Positions 12,401 through 24,369 of a DNA stretch of 64,000 nt are shown here, piece by piece. Numbering within the stretch: the first letter of the stretch is position 1; each line of letters starts with the position of its first letter. The notes under the pieces were generated by a model. The model was not told the DNA's origin. It saw only the letters and a program-made list of their open reading frames with translations, and searched no databases. Position numbers and translations under genes: made by a program. The stretch is from Eledone cirrhosa. Lineage: Eukaryota. The DNA lies in NCBI GenBank assembly GCA_964016885.1, contig OZ024743.1, positions 141,732,001-141,796,000 on the forward strand. The letters are read 5' to 3'.

Positions 12401-15400
12401 TGCCTGGTGTTTGGCGCTTGGTGCTTGGTGCTTGGTGTTTGCTGCTTGGTGTTTGGTGCTTGGTGATTAGTGTTTGGTGCTTGGTGCTTGGTGCCTGGTG
12501 CTTGGTGCTTGGTGCTTGATGTTTGGTGCTTGGTGATTAGTGTTTGGTGCTTGGTGCTTTGGGTTTGGTGTTTGGTGCTTGGGGTTTGGTGTTTGGTGCT
12601 TGGTGCTTGGTGTTTGGTGCTTGGTGCTTGGTGTTTGGTGCTTGGTGCTTTGTGTTTGGTGCTTGGTGTTTGGTGCTTGGTGCTTGGTGCTTCGGTCTTG
12701 GTGTTTGGTGTTTGGTGCTTGGTGCTTGGTGTTTGGTGTTTGGTGCCTGGTGCTTGGTGTTCGGTGCTTGGTGTTTGGTGTTTGGTGATTGGTGCTTGGT
12801 GTTTGGTGCTTGGTGCTTGGTGCTTGGTGCTTGGTGTTAGGCGTTTGGTGCTTGGTGCTTGGTGTTTGATGTTTGGTCCATTGTGCTTGGTGTTTGGTAT
12901 TTTGTGCTTGGTGCTTGGTGTTTGGTGTTTGGTGCTTGGTGCTTGGTGTTTGGTGTTTGGTGCTTGCTGCTTGCTGCTTGGTGTTTGGTGCTAGGGGCTT
13001 GGTGCTTGGTGTTTCGTGTTTGGTGCTTGGTGCTTGGTGTTTGGTGTTTGGTGCTTGGTGCTTGGTGTTTGGTGCTTGGTGCCGGGTGCTTGGTGTTTGG
13101 TGTTTGGTGCTTGGTGTTTGGTGCTTGTTGTTTGGTGCTTGGTGTTCGGTGCTTGGTGCTTGGTGCTTGGTGCTTGGTGTTTGGTGTTTGGTGCTTGGTG
13201 ATTGGTGTTTGATGTTTGGTCCTTGGTGCTTGGTGTTTGGTGTTGTGTGTTTGGTGATTGGTGCTTGGTGTTTGGTGCTTGGTTCTTGGTGCTTGGTGTT
13301 TGGCGTTTGCTGTTTGCTGTTTGGTGGTTGGTGTTTGCTGTTTGGTGTTTGCTGTTTGGTGTTTGGTGCTTGGTGCTTGCGGTTTGGTGTTTGGTGCTTG
13401 GGGTTTGGTGTTTGGTGCTTGGTGCTTGCTGCTTGGTGCTTGGTGTTTGGTGCTTGGTGCTTGGTGTTTGGTGTTTGGTGCTTGGGGTTTGGTGTTTGGT
13501 GCTTGGTGCATGGAGTTTGGTGCTTGGTGCTTGGTGTTTGGAGTTTGGTGCTTGGTGCTTGGTGCCTGGTGCTTGTTGTTTGGTGTTTGGTGCTTAGTGG
13601 TTGGTGTTTGGTGTTTGGTGCTTGGTGCTTGGTGGCTGGTGTTTGGTGCTTGGTGTTTGGAGTTTGGTGTTTGGTGCTTGGTGCCTGGTGTTTCGTGCTT
13701 GGTGCTTGGTGCTTGGTGTCTGGTGTTTGGTGCTTGGTGTTTGGTGTTTGGTACTTGGTGCTTGGTGCTTGGTGCTTGGTGTTTGGTGCTTGGTGTTTGA
13801 TGCTGCGTGCTTGGTGTTTGGCGTTTGGTGCTTGGTGCTTGGTGTTTGGTATTTGGAGCTTGGTGCTTGGTGCTTGGTGTTTGGTGTTTGGTGCTTGGTG
13901 CTTGGTGTTTGGTGTTTGGTGCTGGGTGCATGGCGTTTGGTGTTTGGTGCTTAGTGCTTGGTGTTTGGTGTTTGATGCTTGGTGTGTGGTGCTTGGTGCT
14001 TGGTGTTTTGTGTTTGGTGCTTGGTGCTTGGTGCCTGGTGCTTGGTGCCTGGTGCTTGGTGTTTGGTGTTTGATGCTTGGTGTTTGGTGTTTGGTGTTTG
14101 GTACTTGGTGTTCGGTGCTTGGTGCTTGGTGCTTGGTGCTTGGTGCTTGTTGTTTGGTGTTTTGTGCTTGGTGCTTGGTGTTTGGTGTTTGGCGTTTGGT
14201 GCTTGGTGCTTGGTATCTGGTTTTTGGTGCTTGATGTTTGGTGTTTGGTGCTTGGTGCTTGGTGCTTGGTGTTTGGTGTTTGGTGCTTGGTGCTTGGTGT
14301 TTGGTGCTTGGTGTTTGGTGTTTCGTGTTTGATGCTTGGTGTTTGCTGCTTGGTGCTTGGTGCTTGGTGTTTTGTGTTTGGTGCTTGGTGCTTGGTGTTT
14401 GGTGTTTGGCGTTTGCTGTTTGCTGTTTGGTGTTTGGTGTTTGCTGTTTGGTGTTTGCTGTTTGGTGTTTGGTGTTTGGTGCTTGCTGTTTGGTGCTTGG
14501 TGCTTGGTGTTTGGTGTTTGGTGTTTGGTGCTTGGTGCTTGGTATTTGGTGCTTGGTGCTTGGTGCTGGGTGTTTGGTGCTTGGTGCTTGGTGTTTGGTG
14601 CTTGGTGCTTGGTGCCTGGTGTTTGGTCCTTGGTGCTTGGTGCTTGGTGCTTGGTGCTTGCTGTTTGGTGTTTGGTGTTTGGTTCTTGGTGCTTGGTGTT
14701 TGGTGTTTGGTGTTTGGTGCTTGGTGCTTGGTGCTTGGTGTTTGGTGCTTGGTGCTTGGTGATTAGTGTTTGGTGATTGGTGCTTGGGGTTTGGTGTTTG
14801 GTGCTTGGTGTTTGGTGCTTGGTGCTTGCTGTTTGGTGTTTGGTGTTTGGTTCTTGGTGCTTGGTGTTTGGTGTTTGGTGTTTGGTGCTTGGTGCTTGGT
14901 GCTTGGTGTTTGGTGCTTGGTGCTTGGTGCTTGGTGTTTGGTGCTGCGTGCTTGGTGTTTGGTGTTTGGTGCTTGGTGCCTGGGGCTTGTTGTTTGGTGT
15001 TTGGTGCTTAGTGCTTGGTGTTTGGTGTTTGGTGCTTGGTGCTTGGTGGCTGGTGCTTGGTGCTTGGTGTTTGGAGTTTGGTGCTTGGTGCTTGGTGCCT
15101 GGTGTTTCGTGCTTGGTGCTTGGTGCTTGGTGTTTGGTGTTTGGTGTTTGGTGTTTGGTGTTTGGTACTTGGTGCTTGGTGCTTGGTGTTTGGTGCTTGG
15201 TGTTTGGTGATTGGTGCTTGGTGCTTGGTGCTTGGTGCTTGGTGTTAGGTGTTTGGTCCTTGGTCCTTGGTGCTTGTTGTTTGGTGTTTTGTGCTTGGTG
15301 CTTGGCGTTTGGTGTTTGGCGCTAGGGGCTTGGTGCTTGATGCTTGGTGTTTGGTGCTTGGTGCTTGCTGTTTGGTGTTTGGTGCTTGGTGCGTGGGACT

Positions 15401-18400
15401 TAGTGTTTGGTGTTTGGTGTTTGGTGTTTGGTGCTTGGTGTTTGGTGCTTGGTGCTTGGTGTTTGGTGTTTGGTGCTTAGTGCTTGGGGCTTGGTGTTTG
15501 GTGCTTGGTGTTTGGTGTTTGGTGCTTGGTGCTTTGTGTTTGGCGCTTGGTGCTTGGTGCTTGGTGTTTGGTGCTTGGTGCTTGGTGCTTGGTGCTTGGT
15601 GATTAGTGTTTGGTGCTTGGTGCTTGGTGCCTGGTGCTTGGTGCTTGGTGCTTGTTGTTTGGTGCTTGGTGTTTGGTGCTTGGTGTTTGGTGCTTGGTGC
15701 TTGGTGTTTGGTGTTTGGTGCTTGGTGCTTGGGGCTTGGTCTTTGGTGCTTAGTGTTTGGTGCTTGGTGTTTGGTGCTTGGTGCTTGGTGCTTGGTGTTT
15801 GGTGTTTGGTGTTTGGTGCTTGGTGTTTGGTGCTTGGTGCTTGGTGCTGGGTGGTTGGTGTTTGGTGTTTGGTGCTTGGTGCTTCGTGCTTATTGTTTGG
15901 TGCTTGGTGCTTGGTGCTTGCTGCTTGGTCTTTGGTGCTTGGTGTTTGGTGTTTGGTACTTGCTGCCTGGTGTTTGGCGCTTGGTGCTTGGTGCTTGGTG
16001 TTTGGTGCTTGGTGTTTGGTGCTTGGTGATTAGTGTTTGGTGCTTGGTGCTTGGTGCCTGGTGCTTGGTGCTTGGTGCTTGATGTTTGGTGCTTGGTGCT
16101 TGGTGATTATTGTTTGGTGCTTGGTGCTTTGGGTTTGGTGTTTGGTGCTTGGGGTTTGGTGTTTGGTGCTTGGTGCTTGGTGTTTGGTGCTTGGTGCTTG
16201 GTGTTTGGTGCTTGGTGCTTTGTGTTTGGTGCTTGGTGTTTGGTGCTTGGTGCTTGGTGCTTGGTTCTTGGTGTTAGGTGTTTGGTGCTTGGTGATTGGT
16301 GTTTGATGTTAGGTTCTTGGTGCTTGGTGTTTGGTGCTTGCTGCTTGGTGCTTGGTGTTTTGTGTTTGGAGTTTGGTGCTTGGTGTTTGGTGCTTCGGTC
16401 TTGGTGTTTGGTGTTTGGTGCTTGGTGCCTGGGGCTTGTTGTTTGGTGTTTGGTGCTTAGTGCTTGGTGTTTGGTGTTTGGTGCTTGGTGCTTGGTGGCT
16501 GGTGCTTGGTGCTTGGTGTTTGCAGTTTGTGCTTGGTGCTTGGTGCCTGGTGTTTCGTGCTTGGTGCTTGGTGCTTGGTGTTTGGTGTTTGGTGCTTGGT
16601 GTTTGGTGTTTGGTACTTGGTGCTTGGTGCTTGGTGTTTGGTGCTTGGTGTTTGGTGCTTGGTGCTTGGTGCTTGGTGCTTGGTGTCAGGTGTTTGGTGC
16701 TTGGTGCTTGGTGTTTGATGTTTGGTCCTTGGTGCTTGTTGTTTGGTGTTTGGTGCTTCGTGCTTGGTGTTTGGTGTTTGGTGCTTGCTGCTTGCTGCTT
16801 GGTGTTTGGTGCTTGGTGATTGGTGCTTGGTGTTTTGTGCTTGGTGCTTGGTGTTTGGTGTTTGCTGCTAGGGGCTTGGTGCTTGATGCTTGGTGTTTGG
16901 TGCTTGGTGCTTGCTGTTTGGTGTTTGGTGCTTGGTGCGTGGGACTTAGTGTTTGGTGTTTGGTGCTTGGTGTTTGGTGCTTGGTGTTTGGTGCTTGGTG
17001 CTTGGTGTTTGGTGTTTGGTGCTTGGTGCTTGGGGCTTGGTCTTTGGTGCTTAGTGTTTGGTGCTTGGTGTTTGGTGCTTGGTGCTTGGTGCTTGGTGTT
17101 TGGTGTTTGGTGTTTGGTGCTTGGTGTTTGGTGCTTGTTGCTTGGTGCTGGGTGGTTGGTGTTTGGTGTTTGGTGCTTGGTGCTTGGTGCTTATTGTTTG
17201 GTGCTTGGTGCTTGGTGCTTGGTGCTTGGTCTTTGGTGCTTGGTGTTTGGTGTTTGGTGCTTGGTGCCTGGTGTTTGGCGCTTGGTGCTTGGTGCTTGGT
17301 GTTTGCTGCTTGGTGTTTGGTGCTTGGTGATTAGTGTTTGGTGCTTGGTGCTTGGTGCCTGGTGCTTGGTGCTTGGTGCTTGATGTTTGGTGCTTGGTGA
17401 TTAGTGTTTGGTGCTTGGTGCTTTGGGTTTGGTGTTTGGTGCTTGGGGTTTGGTGTTTGGTGCTTGGTGCTTGGTGTTTGGTGCTTGGTGCTTGGTGTTT
17501 GGTGCTTGGTGCTTTGTGTTTGGTGCTTGGTGTTTGGTGCTTGGTGCTTGGTGCTTCGGTCTTGGTGTTTGGTGTTTGGTGCTTGGTGCTTGGTGTTTGG
17601 TGTTTGGTGCCTGGTGCTTGGTGTTCGGTGCTTGGTGTTTGGTGTTTGGTGATTGGTGCTTGGTGTTTGGTGCTTGGTGCTTGGTGCTTGGTGCTTGGTG
17701 TTAGGCGTTTGGTGCTTGGTGCTTGGTGTTTGATGTTTGGTCCATTGTGCTTGGTGTTTGGTATTTTGTGCTTGGTGCTTGGTGTTTGGTGTTTGGTGCT
17801 TGGTGCTTGGTGTTTGGTGTTTGGTGCTTGCTGCTTGCTGCTTGGTGTTTGGTGCTAGGGGCTTGGTGCTTGGTGTTTCGTGTTTGGTGCTTGGTGCTTG
17901 GTGTTTGGTGTTTGGTGCTTGGTGCTTGGTGTTTGGTGCTTGGTGCCGGGTGCTTGGTGTTTGGTGTTTGGTGCTTGGTGTTTGGTGCTTGTTGTTTGGT
18001 GCTTGGTGTTCGGTGCTTGGTGCTTGGTGCTTGGTGCTTGGTGTTTGGTGTTTGGTGCTTGGTGATTGGTGTTTGATGTTTGGTCCTTGGTGCTTGGTGT
18101 TTGGTGTTGTGTGTTTGGTGATTGGTGCTTGGTGTTTGGTGCTTGGTTCTTGGTGCTTGGTGTTTGGCGTTTGCTGTTTGCTGTTTGGTGGTTGGTGTTT
18201 GCTGTTTGGTGTTTGCTGTTTGGTGTTTGGTGCTTGGTGCTTGCGGTTTGGTGTTTGGTGCTTGGGGTTTGGTGTTTGGTGCTTGGTGCTTGCTGCTTGG
18301 TGCTTGGTGTTTGGTGCTTGGTGCTTGGTGTTTGGTGTTTGGTGCTTGGGGTTTGGTGTTTGGTGCTTGGTGCATGGAGTTTGGTGCTTGGTGCTTGGTG

Positions 18401-21400
18401 TTTGGAGTTTGGTGCTTGGTGCTTGGTGCCTGGTGCTTGTTGTTTGGTGTTTGGTGCTTAGTGGTTGGTGTTTGGTGTTTGGTGCTTGGTGCTTGGTGGC
18501 TGGTGTTTGGTGCTTGGTGTTTGGAGTTTGGTGTTTGGTGCTTGGTGCCTGGTGTTTCGTGCCTGGTGCTTGGTGCTTGGTGTCTGGTGTTTGGTGCTTG
18601 GTGTTTGGTGTTTGGTACTTGGTGCTTGGTGCTTGGTGCTTGGTGTTTGGTGCTTGGTGTTTGATGCTGCGTGCTTGGTGTTTGGTGTTTGGTGCTTGGT
18701 GCTTGGTGTTTGGTATTTGGAGCTTGGTGCTTGGTGCTTGGTGTTTGGTGTTTGGTGCTTGGTGCTTGGTGTTTGGTGTTTGGTGCTGGGTGCATGGCGT
18801 TTGGTGTTTGGTGCTTAGTGCTTGGTGTTTGGTGTTTGATGCTTGGTGTGTGGTGCTTGGTGCTTGGTGTTTTGTGTTTGGTGCTTGGTGCTTGGTGCCT
18901 GGTGCTTGGTGCCTGGTGCTTGGTGTTTGGTGTTTGATGCTTGGTGTTTGGTGTTTGGTGTTTGGTACTTGGTGTTCGGTGCTTGGTGCTTGGTGCTTGG
19001 TGCTTGGTGCTTGTTGTTTGGTGTTTTGTGCTTGGTGCTTGGTGTTTGGTGTTTGGCGTTTGGTGCTTGGTGCTTGGTATCTGGTTTTTGGTGCTTGATG
19101 TTTGGTGTTTGGTGCTTGGTGCTTGGTGCTTGGTGTTTGGTGTTTGGTGCTTGGTGCTTGGTGTTTGGTGCTTGGTGTTTGGTGTTTCGTGTTTGATGCT
19201 TGGTGTTTGCTGCTTGGTGCTTGGTGCTTGGTGTTTTGTGTTTGGTGCTTGGTGCTTGGTGCCTGCTGCTTGGTGCTTGGTGCTTGTTGTTTGGTGCTTG
19301 GTGCTTGGTGATTAGTGTTTGGTGCTTGGTGCTTGGTGCTTGGTGTTTGGTGCTTGGTGCTTGGTGTTTGGTGCTTGGTGCTTGGTGTTTGGTGTTTGGC
19401 GTTTGCTGTTTGCTGTTTGGTGTTTGGTGTTTGCTGTTTGGTGTTTGCTGTTTGGTGTTTGGTGTTTGGTGCTTGCTGTTTGGTGCTTGGTGCTTGGTGT
19501 TTGGTGTTTGGTGTTTGGTGCTTGGTGCTTGGTGTTTGGTGCTTGGTGCTTGGTGCTGGGTGTTTGGTGCTTGGTGCTTGGTGTTTGGTGCTTGGTGCTT
19601 GGTGCCTGGTGTTTGGTCCTTGGTGCTTGGTGCTTGGTGCTTGGTGCTTGCTGTTTGGTGTTTGGTGTTTGGTTCTTGGTGCTTGGTGTTTGGTGTTTGG
19701 TGTTTGGTGCTTGGTGCTTGGTGCTTGGTGTTTGGTGCTTGGTGCTTGGTGATTAGTGTTTGGTGATTGGTGCTTGGGGTTTGGTGTTTGGTGCTTGGTG
19801 TTTGGTGCTTGGTGCTTGCTGTTTGGTGTTTGGTGTTTGGTTCTTGGTGCTTGGTGTTTGGTGTTTGGTGTTTGGTGCTTGGTGCTTGGTGCTTGGTGTT
19901 TGGTGCTTGGTGCTTGGTGCTTGGTGTTTGGTGCTGCGTGCTTGGTGTTTGGTGTTTGGTGCTTGGTGCCTGGGGCTTGTTGTTTGGTGTTTGGTGCTTA
20001 GTGCTTGGTGTTTGGTGTTTGGTGCTTGGTGCTTGGTGGCTGGTGCTTGGTGCTTGGAGTTTGGAGTTTGGTGCTTGGTGCTTGGTGCCTGGTGTTTCGT
20101 GCTTGGTGCTTGGTGCTTGGTGTTTGGTGTTTGGTGTTTGGTGTTTGGTGTTTGGTACTTGGTGCTTGGTGCTTGGTGTTTGGTGCTTGGTGTTTGGTGA
20201 TTGGTGCTTGGTGCTTGGTGCTTGGTGCTTGGTGTTAGGTGTTTGGTCCTTGGTCCTTGGTGCTTGTTGTTTGGTGTTTTGTGCTTGGTGCTTGGCGTTT
20301 GGTGTTTGGCGCTAGGGGCTTGGTGCTTGATGCTTGGTGTTTGGTGCTTGGTGCTTGCTGTTTGGTGTTTGGTGCTTGGTGCGTGGGACTTAGTGTTTGG
20401 TGTTTGGTGTTTGGTGTTTGGTGCTTGGTGTTTGGTGCTTGGTGCTTGGTGTTTGGTGTTTGGTGCTTAGTGCTTGGGGCTTGGTGTTTGGTGCTTGGTG
20501 TTTGGTGTTTGGTGCTTGGTGCTTTGTGTTTGGCGCTTGGTGCTTGGTGCTTGGTGTTTGGTGCTTGGTGCTTGGTGCTTGGTGCTTGGTGATTAGTGTT
20601 TGGTGCTTGGTGCTTGGTGCCTGGTGCTTGGTGCTTGGTGCTTGTTGTTTGGTGCTTGGTGTTTGGTGCTTGGTGTTTGGTGCTTGGTGCTTGGTGTTTG
20701 GTGTTTGGTGCTTGGTGCTTGGGGCTTGGTCTTTGGTGCTTAGTGTTTGGTGCTTGGTGTTAGGTGCTTGGTGCTTGGTGCTTGGTGTTTGGTGTTTGGT
20801 GTTTGGTGCTTGGTGTTTGGTGCTTGGTGCTTGGTGCTGGGTGGTTGGTGTTTGGTGTTTGGTGCTTCGTGCTTCGTGCTTATTGTTTGGTGCTTGGTGC
20901 TTGGTGCTTGCTGCTTGGTCTTTGGTGCTTGGTGTTTGGTGTTTGGTACTTGGTGCCTGGTGTTTGGCGCTTGGTGCTTGGTGCTTGGTGTTTGGTGCTT
21001 GGTGTTTGGTGCTTGGTGATTAGTGTTTGGTGCTTGGTGCTTGGTGCCTGGTGCTTGGTGCTTGGTGCTTGATGTTTGGTGCTTGGTGCTTGGTGATTAT
21101 TGTTTGGTGCTTGGTGCTTTGGGTTTGGTGTTTGGTGCTTGGGGTTTGGTGTTTGGTGCTTGGTGCTTGGTGTTTGGTGCTTGGTGCTTGGTGTTTGGTG
21201 CTTGGTGCTTTGTGTTTGGTGCTTGGTGTTTGGTGCTTGGTGCTTGGTGCTTGGTTCTTGGTGTTAGGTGTTTGGTGCTTGGTGATTGGTGTTTGATGTT
21301 AGGTTCTTGGTGCTTGGTGTTTGGTGCTTGCTGCTTGGTGCTTGGTGTTTTGTGTTTGGAGTTTGGTGCTTGGTGTTTGGTGCTTCGGTCTTGGTGTTTG

Positions 21401-23450
21401 GTGTTTGGTGCTTGGTGCCTGGGGCTTGTTGTTTGGTGTTTGGTGCTTAGTGCTTGGTGTTTGGTGTTTGGTGCTTGGTGGCTGGTGCTTGGTGCTTGGT
21501 GTTTGCAGTTTGTGCTTGGTGCTTGGTGCCTGGTGTTTCGTGCTTGGTGCTTGGTGCTTGGTGTTTGGTGTTTGGTGCTTGGTGTTTGGTGTTTGGTACT
21601 TGGTGCTTGGTGCTTGGTGTTTGGTGCTTGGTGTTTGGTGCTTGGTGCTTGGTGCTTGGTGCTTGGTGTCAGGTGTTTGGTGCTTGGTGCTTGGTGTTTG
21701 ATGTTTGGTCCTTGGTGCTTGTTGTTTGGTGTTTGGTGCTTCGTGCTTGGTGTTTGGTGTTTGGTGCTTGCTGCTTGCTGCTTGGTGTTTGGTGCTTGGT
21801 GATTGGTGCTTGGTGTTTTGTGCTTGGTGCTTGGTGTTTGGTGTTTGCTGCTAGGGGCTTGGTGCTTGATGCTTGGTGTTTGGTGCTTGGTGCTTGCTGT
21901 TTGGTGTTTGGTGCTTGGTGCGTGGGACTTAGTGTTTGGTGTTTGGTGCTTGGTGTTTGGTGCTTGGTGTTTGGTGCTTGGTGCTTGGTGTTTGGTGTTT
22001 GGTGCTTGGTGCTTGGGGCTTGGTCTTTGGTGCTTAGTGTTTGGTGCTTGGTGTTTGGTGCTTGGTGCTTGGTGCTTGGTGTTTGGTGTTTGGTGTTTGG
22101 TGCTTATTGTTTGGTGCTTGGTGCTTGGTGCTTGGTGCTTGGTCTTTGGTGCTTGGTGTTTGGTGTTTGGTGCTTGGTGCCTGGTGTTTGGCGCTTGGTG
22201 CTTGGTGCTTGGTGTTTGCTGCTTGGTGTTTGGTGCTTGGTGATTAGTGTTTGGTGCTTGGTGCTTGGTGCCTGGTGCTTGGTGCTTGGTGCTTGATGTT
22301 TGGTGCTTGGTGATTAGTGTTTGGTGCTTGGTGCTTTGGGTTTGGTGTTTGGTGCTTGGGGTTTGGTGTTTGGTGCTTGGTGCTTGGTGTTTGGTGCTTG
22401 GTGCTTGGTGTTTGGTGCTTGGTGCTTTGTGTTTGGTGCTTGGTGTTTCGTGCTTGGTGCTTGGTGCTTCGGTCTTGGTGTTTGGTGTTTGGTGCTTGGT
22501 GCTTGGTGTTTGGTGTTTGGTGCCTGGTGCTTGGTGTTCGGTGCTTGGTGTTTGGTGTTTGGTGATTGGTGCTTGGTGTTTGGTGCTTGGTGCTTGGTGC
22601 TTGGTGCTTGGTGTTAGGCGTTTGGTGCTTGGTGCTTGGTGTTTGATGTTTGGTCCATTGTGCTTGGTGTTTGGTATTTTGTGCTTGGTGCTTGGTGTTT
22701 GGTGTTTGGTGCTTGGTGCTTGGTGTTTGGTGTTTGGTGCTTGCTGCTTGCTGCTTGGTGTTTGGTGCTAGGGGCTTGGTGCTTGGTGTTTCGTGTTTGG
22801 TGCTTGGTGCTTGGTGTTTGGTGTTTGGTGCTTGGTGCGTGGGACTTGGTCTTTGGTGCTTGGTGTTTGGTGCTTGGTGTTTGGTGCTTGGTGCCGGGTG
22901 CTTGGTGTTTGGTGTTTGGTGCTTGGTGTTTGGTGCTTGTTGTTTGGTGCTTGGTGTTCGGTGCTTGGTGCTTGGTGCTTGGTGCTTGGTCTTTGGTGTT
23001 TGGTGCTTGGTGATTGGTCTTTGATGTTTGGTCCTTGGTGCTTGGTGTTTGGTGTTGTGTGCTTGGTGATTGGTGCTTGGTGTTTGGTGCTTGGTTCTTG
23101 GTGCTTGGTGTTTGGCGTTTGCTGTTTGCTGTTTGGTGGTTGGTGTTTGCTGTTTGGTGTTTGCTGTTTGGTGTTTGGTGTTTGGTGCTTGCTGTTTGGT
23201 GCTTGGTGCTTGGTGTTTGGTGTTTGGTGCTTGGTGTTTGGTGCTTGGTGCTTGGTGCTGGGTGTTTGGTGCTTGGTGCTTGGTGTTTGGTGCTTGGTGC
23301 TTGGTGCTTGGTGTTTGGTCCTTGGTGCTTGGTGCTTGGTCTTTGGTGCTTGGGTGTTGGTCTTTGGTGCTTGGTGCTTGGTGTTTGGTGCTTGGTGCTT
23401 GGTGCTTGGTGTTTGGTGCTTGCTGCTTGGTGCTTGGTGTTTGGTGCTTG
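500..23450 (+). repeat. HOR family A: about five tandem copies of a ~3.8-5.0 kb higher-order unit
   Basis: The diagnostic TTGCAGT-TTGTGC hexamer lies at 2936, 6897, 11691, 16527 and 21510 (spacings 3961, 4794, 4836, 4983, all 7n-1). Matching pseudo-ORFs recur at 1371/5143/9930/14766/19756 and 2442/6403/11197/16033/21023. Confidence 0.93.
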
Positions 23451-24369
23451 GTGCTTGGTGATTAGTGTTTGGTGATTGGTGCTTGGGGTTTGGTGTTTAG
23501 GGCTTGGTGTTTGGTGCTTGGTGCTTGCTGTTTGGTGTTTGGTGCTGGGTGTTAGGTGCTTGGTGCTTGGTGTTTGGTGCTTGGTGCTTGGTGCTTGGTG
23601 CTTGGTGTTTGGTGCTTGGTGCTTGGTGCTTGGTGCTTGCTGTTTGGTGTTTGGTGTTTGGTTCTTGGTGCTTGGTGTTTGGTGTTTGGTGTTTGGTGCT
23701 TGGTGCTTGGTGCTTGGTGTTTGGTGCTTGGGGTTTGGTGTTTGGTGCTTGGTGTTTGGTGCTTGGTGCTTGCTGTTTGGTGTTTGGTGTTTGGTTCTTG
23801 GTGTTTGGTGTTTGGTATTTGGTGTTTGGTGCTTGGTGCTTGGTGCTTGGTGTTTGGTGCTTGGTGCTTGGTGCTTGGTGTTTTGTGTTTGGTGCTTGGT
23901 ACTTGGTGATTAGTGTTTGGTGCTTGGTGCTTGCGGTTTGGTGTTTGGTGCTTGGGGTTTGGTGTTTGGTGCTTGGTGCTTGCTGCTTGGTGCTTGGTGT
24001 TTGGTGCTTGGTGCTTGGTGTTTGGTGTTTGGTGCTTGGGGTTTGGTGTTTGGTGCTTGGTGCTTGGAGTTTGGTGCTTGGTGCTTGGTGTTTGGAGTTT
24101 GGTGCTTGGTGCTTGGTGCCTGGTGCTTGTTGTTTGGTGTTTGGTGCTTAGTGGTTGGTGTTTGGTGTTTGGTGCTTGGTGTTTGGTGGCTGGTGTTTGG
24201 TGCTTGGTGTTTGGAGTTTGGTGTTTGGTGCTTGGTGCCTGGTGTTTCGTGCTTGGTGCTTGGTGCTTGGTGTCTGGTGTTTGGTGCTTGGTGCTTGGTG
24301 TTTGGTGTTTGGTGCTTGGGGTTTGGTGTTTGGTGCTTGGTGCTTGGAGTTTGGTGCTTGGTGCTTGGT

